DNA from: the human T2T-CHM13v2.0 reference genome, Homo sapiens
Assembly: GCF_009914755.1 (NCBI RefSeq)
Contig: NC_060929.1
Strand: one strand, 5' to 3'
DNA length: 64,000 nucleotides
A program made the translations under genes and the position numbers. The notes below the pieces were generated by a model that saw only the letters and a program-made list of their open reading frames with translations, was not told the origin of the DNA and searched no databases. Shown here in pieces: positions 55,268 through 64,000 of the stretch. How positions within the stretch are numbered: position 1 is the first letter of the stretch; every line of letters begins with the position of its first letter.

Positions 55268-58200
55268 CAATTACTTTCATTTATGCATATTTCTCTATAC
55301 TGTCTTTTACATGCACAAGACATTTGAAGTAATATACTGTAAAACTGTACAATTAAAATTATAAATAAAATGTAAGACCATGACATGAAATCCAAACAGT
55401 ACATGGATGAATTATAAGAAGATTAGCTAATCTGCTAGCAGTTATCTTTTGTAATACTAAAATAAACAATGGCAGTATAACATTTTTGTAGCTTGCTTCT
55501 TTTGTTGTAGTTTTGATCCATCACAGACTGTTTGTGTTTCATTTATTAATCATTTATGAGTACCAAAGGGTACAGTTTTGTCACATTTAGTGTTTTCCCC
55601 CTAGCTTATTAGAAGCAAGTTTTAGATTTCTGCTACTTGTAAAATAAATGTGGCTCTCAAAGCTGCATGTCAATGTCTTTTATAAAACTCTTTATTTATT
55701 TTTTGTCCGCTATATCAATTTCTTCCCTCATTTATGTAAATAACATCTTAGTTAAGTCAAATATTACCTTCCTCTCAAACTAAGACGGAACTGGCACAAA
55801 TGCCTTTGTTAAATTACATTCACTTTTAGCAAGTAAATGCCTAAACCCTTGTTAATTACTAGCTATTTATTTGAATGATGAATTCTGCTTGGGAAATTTC
55901 CTTTAAATGTCAGAATGAGGGAAATGTACAGTGACCTGAGATCATCCAGGAGGCACTAGGGTCTCCTAGCTAGAACCCGAGATCAGGGCTGAAGTTACTG
56001 GGGCTCTCATACTGTTCTTGTCTTTAATGTGCCTAGCATCTTTTTCTGGAGCTAATCATTTAGGCAAATGTTCTGCTCCTTTACTACCTGCCCCTGCCAA
56101 ACTTTCAGTGACAAAATCTTTAAGGGATTAAAAACGAATCTTGCTTTTATTTGCCAACCTGGACAAAACCAACTAGCACTGTTAATGACAGGTATCATTA
56201 AGATACTCTGTTCTCACCCTCCCTGAGCTCCTTCAGCAATCAGCCAGAAGAGAAGCAGCAGCATTGATACTTACCCAGGCTGGGCACTGGGGTACAAAAC
56301 CGAAGATGCCCTCAAGGAATTTCAAAGGTAGGATGTGTACATGAGAAGGGTTTAAAAACTATGTAAAGGAACGGGTTCAGCCCACGGAGAAAGATTGCAG
56401 AAGGGAAATACTAAGCAAGGCATCTTGTATACAATATCCTCTATAATCCTGAGAGGGAGGTATTGTTGGAAACTGATAAAACTGAGGAGTTGAAGTTCAT
56501 CGAAAACCTCAATGTGTCTGCATCTGTGAAGTTCAGGTGTGATGGAGATTTCGCAAATATCTAACTTAACTGGTCAAAAATGGTTAATTTAGAGAACATG
56601 GAAGCACGGTTGCACTGGAGCATGATAATTAGGAAGTGACGAGAATTAGAGAGCGAGTAAATATGGCTCTTGCAACTGGTGAAATAGGAGATTGATTACA
56701 CATTGATTATATTCCAAAAATTAAGGAAAATTTAATTATGCAAAAGAACAAAAATCTCATGCTGTAAAACCCTGATGATTCCTACTTCATGCTGCATTGA
56801 TCTGAGAGCTAGATGTGTCTTCCTTGACAGTTCAGGCAACCCTGATTCTAATTCTTTGGAGACAATCTGTTATTAAATTGATCTGTGTATTTATGTTCTG
56901 TCCTATTCACTGTTATTTACTATTCACCAAGGCTGCCAACTTTTAAACAGTCTTGATATAAATGTTTGTTCCTAAACCTTTGCTGATAGATGTGTTTTAT
57001 GTAACAGTTATGGAGTCCATTAACATGAAGCACTAAAACACAAAAAGAAACTGAAGAGATTTATAAGCATATGAAATGCCCTCACCAGAGACAGTTGAAA
57101 TAATAAATTGAAAGTCAAAGGAACATTTGTGAAGTTACTATGAGCAGATTTATCTACATCAGAACACGTTTCTGGGACTGAATCATGCTATATATTATGT
57201 TTAACTTAAAAGGTAAAATACAAATTGATTCTTTTATATTGGTAATGACTTATTGTGTTGAGAAAACCCTACTATTGTAGAGGAGAGAAATTTCACTTTG
57301 AACACTCCTATGTCATTTGTTAAATTATCTGAATGATTTTTCTTTACAAGTTGGAAGTTTAGGAAAGCTCGAATTATTAATATTTTTATGTGATAGTAAA
57401 ATACTTCCAGTATTATTGTTTTACAAAAATATCCAATTCTGAGCCCAGTTGTGATAGCAACAGTATTCTAGGAAAAAATTTTTCTTGACTGCAACTTGAG
57501 GTATAATTAGTATCCTCAGAAACAAATATCCCTGCCCCTAGAAAAGAAAAACGTTTGGCAAAGCAAAATGGTGGCATCTATCTCCTCGTTAAAACATCAC
57601 ATTGACAAAGTCCATACACTTCTCTGTTTCAAAAAGTCCCAGTCCTTTTAAACATTGACATTCTTATCATTTTGTGTGTTCGGCGCTGGCCACTGACTAA
57701 CAGTGTCTGTGTGGATTTCTCCTTGAATATCTTTCCTCCATCAACTGATAAGTTAGTCACTCCTAGGATTTCTGGTCAAGAACATGGCTCAAAGAAAGCA
57801 AGCTGATAGTACATATTTGAAATTGCAACAAAACATTCCTTCTCTTCTTGTTCTGTGTTTTGTTGTTGCTTGCTGTTTATTTTTTCATATTTGAGGGTAG
57901 ATCTAAAGGCTACTGAGCTTTCAGGTTGAGGTCGCCCGGGCACTAGAGTGGCAGTTTAATATGCTTTCCTGGGAGAGAAAAGACACTGGTATTGTAAATC
58001 TAGCCTGTATTCACTATCACAGGGCTAATCCATGGCCATAAAATTAGAGTCAAATATAAGATGAACTGCAAGCCACTCCTTTCACATCAATCTATACACA
58101 CAAGCTAATGTGTTATTTTAGGAGTGAAAACAAAATTCTTAATTGCTCCTTAAAGACGTAGCTCAAGGTATGGGATGATCATAACAAATATTTTTGATCA

Positions 58201-58307
58201 CATTTATTTTTCCTATATGTAACTTTTTATAAATAAATAAAAATGTTAAAATTCAGGAAACTAAAGGGAGAAAATTTTCAAAGTCCCAATCCCCCAAAGT
58301 AAATACT

Positions 58308-58580
58308 GTTTTTTTTTTTTTAATTGTAGAGACAGGGGTCTTACTCTGTTGACTAGGCTGGTCTTGAACTCCTGGCCTCAAATGATCCTCTCAACTTGAT
58401 TTTCCAAAGGGCTGGGATTACAGACATGAGCCACCACACCCAGCCTAAAACATGTTTTTGAGCCAGGTGTGGTGGCACACACCTATAATCCCAGGGATGA
58501 TGGAGGCTGAGGTGGGAGAAATGTTTGAGGCCAGGAGTTTGAGACCAGCCTAGATAAAATACTGAGGCCCTCTGAAAAAA
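58308..58580. mobile_element. Two head-to-head Alu monomers (FLAM-like): about 58308-58445 (-) and 58461-58580 (+)
   Basis: Left-monomer matches in opposite orientations, about 15 bp apart. Confidence 0.8.
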
Positions 58581-61135
58581 TATTTTTAATTAACAAATTA
58601 AATGAAAATTAAAACAGTCTTTTGAAAAATGTAAGAAAATTTACAGAATTGAAAAAATTTTAAGTATCTCTCCTGCAACAACAAAATTGTTCAAAAGAAA
58701 AGATTTCCAAATCTTATAAACACCAAACAGTAGTTTTCATGGGCAGGAACTAAAAATTGAATTTGAAAATGTAGCAGGGAGAAGTGAAAAGAATCCCAGC
58801 CTTGGTGGAGAAGGGTATGGAGATCCACTCACCTATGTCCCCCACCTGCTCTCAGGCAACACCAGCCCCTGGTAAACCATGGGGTGTCTTCTCTGCCCTG
58901 CTTTGCACTGGGCAGCTGCTGCAGCCAGCCAGGCCCAGGGAGGAATGTGGCAGTGATGCCCCATCCACCCTCCTTCTAAGGATATCAGAACAGGAAGAAC
59001 GTTAGTCCAGTGCCTCTCACTTAACAGATAAGAATGCTGAGGTCCAGGGAAGTGAAATAACTCAACACAGAGCTGGCTCTGTCACTAGGCAGCAGTCCTC
59101 CCTCCCTGGGCATCTGAAGGGGTACCGGGCCGCTTCTCCACTTCTCTACGCAGGTGCCTCTGCTGCCTCCAGCTGCCTGCAGAGAACTGCCCAGCAGTGG
59201 TGGGCCAAAGTCAGCCTGTTTTCAAGCATAAGCCCAAATGAAAGTTTTTAAATAGCAAAGGAGGATTTCAACCTCCCTTTCTACCAAGGGCACATCATAA
59301 GTCCATTTGAATGATTCTGAAAAGCCTCTACGTTTTCCATTCAATGAGGAAACATGCCAGAGGAACTCAAAAACTAAGATTTTCAGTAACAGAACCCAAT
59401 AAAGCCCTACTGTCCCTTCAGGCTTGACAGAAACCCTGGAATTCTAGACCCTTGGGGCTGGAAAGAGCTTTATAAAGGTGATATTTTGTTATGAGTTTTA
59501 AGCCACAGTTTAGAAAAAAGAAGGAAGTTATTACTTCTGTCACCAAGAGGGTACTAAACATTCCTGCCTTCAACTAAAACTATTGCAGAAATAGTTTTTC
59601 AATTTTTCTGAACTGAATTCTAAAGTAGCAGTGTAAAATTGATCTCATGGAATTAATGTATAGAATGGTGATTACCAGAGGCTGGGAAGGGTGGGAGGTG
59701 GGTAGGGGGAGATGGAAAGGGGTCGGTTAATGAGTACGAACATACAGTTAGATAGAAGGAGTAAGTCCTAATGTCCAAGAGAACAGTGTGACTGTAATTG
59801 ACAGTAATTTATTGTATATTTCAAAATAGCTAGAAGAGATTTGGAATGTTCCCAATACAAAGAAATGACAAATATTTCAGGTGATGGGTATCCCAATTAC
59901 TCTGATTTGATCATTACACAATGTATGTATATACCCTATAAATATGTACAACTATTATGAGATCAATTTTTTTAGCTCATGCATATGAGTCAGAACATGC
60001 GATGATACTTGTCTTTCTGTGCCCAGCTTATTTCAATTAACAATGTCCTTAAGTTCCATCTATGTGGCTGCAAATGACAGGATTTCATTCTTTTTATGGC
60101 TGAATAATATTCTATTGTGTATATATACACATTTTTAACCATTTGTCCATTGATGAACACTAAGGTTTTTCCATCTTTGCTATTATGAATAGTGCTATAA
60201 TAAATACGGGAGTGCAAATATCTATTTGATATACTGATTTCCTTTCTTTTGGATGATATACACCCAGCAGTGGGATTGCTGGATCATATGGTAGCTATGT
60301 TTTCAGTTTTTTGAGGAATCTCCATTCTATTTTCCGTAGAGGCTGTAGTAGTTTATATTCCCACCAGGAATGTATGAGCATTCCCTTCTCTCTGCATCCT
60401 CACCAGCAGCTGTTATTTTCCTTTTGGTAATGGCCATTTTAACTGGGGTGAGATTATATATCATTGTGGTTTTGATTTGCATAGCCCTGATGACTAGTGA
60501 TGCTGAGCATTTTTTCATATGCTTGTTGGTCATTTGTATATTTTCTTTTGAGAAATGTCTGTTCAAATCTGTTGCCCATTTTAAAATTAGATTACTTGGG
60601 TTTGTTTTTTGCCATTCAGTTGTTTGGTTTCCTTAAATATTCAGGTTATTAATCCCTTGTTGAATGGATAGTTTGCAAATATTTTCTCTCATTCTATAGA
60701 TTGTCTCTTCACTTTGTTATGTCCTTTGATGTACAGAAGCTTTTTAGCTTGATGTGATCCCATCTGTCTATTTTTGCTTTTGTTTCCTGTGTTTTTGAGG
60801 TCTTATCCAAAACATCTTTGCCCAGGCTAATGTCCTAAAGCATTTCTCCAATGTTTTCTTCTATAGTTTTATGGTTTGGGGTCTTACATTTAAGTCTTTA
60901 ATCCATTTTGATTTGATTTTTGTAGAAGGTGAGAGATAAGGATCTAGTGTCATTCTTCTGCATATGGTTTTCCAGTTTCCCAGCACCATTTATTAAATAA
61001 CCTGTTCTTTCCCTAACGTATGATCTTTGTCAAAAATCAGTTGGCTGTTAATGTGTAAATTTATTTCTGGGCTCTCTATTCTGTTCTGTCGGTCTATATA
61101 TCTGCTTTTATGCCAGAACCATGCTGTTTGATTAC

Positions 61136-61663
61136 TGTATTAGGGTTCTCTAGAGGGATATAACTAATAGGATATATGTATATATGAAAGGGAGTTTATT
61201 AAGGAGAATTTACTCACACAATCACAAAGTAAAGTCTCATGATAAGCTGTCTGCAAGATGAGGAGCAAGGAAGCCAGTAGTGGCCCAGTCCAAGTCCCAA
61301 AACCTCAAAAGAAGGGAAGCTGACAGTGCAACCTTCAGTCTGTGGCCAAAGGTGGGAGAGTCCCTGACAAATCACTGGTATAAGTCCAAGAGTCTAAAAG
61401 CTGAAGAAGTTGGAGTCTGATATTTGGGGGCAGGAAGCATCCAGCACAGGAGGAAGATGAAGCCTGGAAGACTCAGCAAGTCTGCTTTATTCTAGCCACG
61501 CTGGCTGTTGATTAGATGGTGCCCACTCAGATTGAGGGTGGGTCGGCCTCTCCCAGTCCACTGACTCAAATATTAATCTCCTTTGGCAACACCCTTACAG
61601 ACACACACAGGAACAATACTTTGCATCCTTCAATCAAGTTGACACTTAATATTAACCATCACA
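61136..61663 (-). mobile_element. MLT2A-like ERVL solo LTR nested in L1
   Basis: Termini tgtattagggttctctagaggga ... attaaccatcaca. Perfect TSD ATTAC. Confidence 0.88.
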
Positions 61664-62093
61664 ATTACTATGGTAGTATATTTTGAAGTCAGGTAGTGTG
61701 ATGCCTCCAGCTTTGTTCTCTTTGCTTGTGATTGCTCTGGCTATTTGAGGTCTTTTGTGGTTCTATATGAATTTCAGAATTTTTTTTCTATTTCTGTGAA
61801 GAATGTCATTGATATTTTGATATGGATTGCATTGAATGTGTAGATTGCTTTAGGTAGTATAGACATTTTAACAATATTAATTCTTCCAACTCATGAGCAT
61901 GGAATATCTTTCCATTTTATTGTGTTCTTTTCAATTTTTTCATCAGTATTTTATAGTTTTCATTACAGATATCTTTCACTTCTTTGATTTAATTTATTCA
62001 TAGGTATTTTTTGTAGCTATTGTAAGTGCGGTTGCTTTCTTCATTGCTTTCTTTTGACTTATATACACTGTTGGTGTACATAAATGCTACTGA

Positions 62094-62540
<447 letters not shown>

Positions 62541-64000
62541 TGAATTTCTTTATCAGCTCTAAAACTTACTGAGTGGAGTCTTTAGATATTTCTAAATATA
62601 AGATCATGTCATCTGCAGACAAAGATAATTTGAATTTTTCTTTTCCAATTTGGATGCCCTTTATTTCTCTTGCCTAATTGCTCTGTCTAGGACTTATAGC
62701 ACTATGTTGAATAAAAGTGGTGAAAGTAGGCATGCTTGCCTAGGAAGGGCTTTTGCTTTTTCCCCATTCAGTGTGCTGTTAGCTGAGAGTTTTTCAGTAA
62801 TGGCCTTCATTGTTTTGAGGTATGTTGCTTCCATACCCAGTTTGTAGAGAATTTTTATCATGAAGTAATGTTGACTTGTATTGAATGCTTTTTCTGCATC
62901 TAATGAAATGATCATATGGTTTTGTCCTTGATTCTGTAACTGTATTACATTTATTGATTTACATATGTTGAACCATTGTTGCATCCCTGGGATGAATCCC
63001 ACTTGATCACAGTGAATGATCTTTTAAATGTCTTGTTGAATTTGGCTTGCTAGTATCTGGTCGAGCGTTTTTCCATCTCTGTTCATGAGGAATATTGGCC
63101 CTAGTTTTCTTTTTTTGTTATGTCTTTGTCTGGTTTGGTATCAGGATAATGCTGGCCTTATAGAATGAGTTTGGAAGTATTCTCTGCTATTCAATTCTTT
63201 GGAATAGCTTAAGCAGAATTGATATTAGTTATTTAAATATTTGGTGGAATTCAGCCATGAAGCTATCAGGTATTGGGCTTCTCTTTGATAGGAGACTATT
63301 TATTACTGCTTCTGTTGTTATTCGTTATTGGTCTGTTCAGGTTTTCCATTCCTTCACAATTCAGTCTTGGTAGGTCATATATGTCCAGGAATTTATCCAT
63401 TTCTTCTAGGTTTTCCAACTTGTTGGCATATAGTTGTTCATAATAGTCTCTAGAATTCTTTGTATTTCTGTATATCAGTTGTAATTTCTCCTTTTTAATT
63501 TCTGATTTTATTTGGGTCTTCTCTTTTTTTTCTTTTTTTTAAGTCTAGTTAAATGTTTGTCAATTTTATCTTTTCAAAAAACCAACTTTTGGATTTGGTT
63601 TGTTCTTGCTTTTCTAGTTCTTTAAGATGCATTATTAGGTTGTTTATTTGAGCCTTTCTACTTTCTACTAGGCATTTATTGATAAAAACTTCCCTCTTAG
63701 AGATGCTTTTGCTGTATCCTATAGGTTTTGGTATGTTGTTTCCATTTCATTTGTTTCAAGAAATTTTTTAATTTCCTTCTTAATTTCTTCATTGACCCAT
63801 TGATTGTTCAGGAGCACGTTGTTTAATTTCCATGTGTTTTTATAGCTTCCAAAGTTTCTCTTGTTACTGATTTCCAGTTTTTTTCCATTGTGGTCAAAAG
63901 AGATTCATGATATGATCTCAAGTTTTTTGAATTTGTTGAGACTTGTTTTGTGGCCTAACATTTGATCTATCCTGGAGAATGTTCGATGTGCTCATGAGAA

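Overview
Mammalian (very likely human, chr5q23.2-like) genomic DNA, AT-rich and repeat-dense, with two convergent protein-coding genes. On + are the last four exons of SNX24 (sorting nexin 24: 12461-12555, 13954-13986, 14489-14553, 20231-20298, 3'UTR to about 21760). On - is the complete 5-exon PPIC gene (cyclophilin C, 639-nt CDS, 212 aa; ATG at 49172, stop at 36427) with a CpG-island promoter at about 48300-49760. The rest is intron or intergenic sequence with Alu, L1, L2, MaLR/ERVL solo LTRs (several with visible target-site duplications), MER5A/MER53 DNA-transposon relics, a full-length 7SL pseudogene and microsatellites. I found no evidence for a new multi-gene system. The unexplained structures most worth checking are: a diverged ~235-bp direct repeat in PPIC introns 1 and 3 that brackets exons 2-3; an AluY whose A-box region is replaced by an inverted copy of its own flank; an L1 whose 3' end is inverted between 14-bp inverted repeats; a tail-less Alu fragment inside another Alu; a perfect double-CCAAT palindrome in the PPIC promoter; and an intronic-polyadenylation route for SNX24. 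Gene identities and repeat family names come from recall of known sequences, not from database searches. Repeat boundaries without TSDs are approximate.
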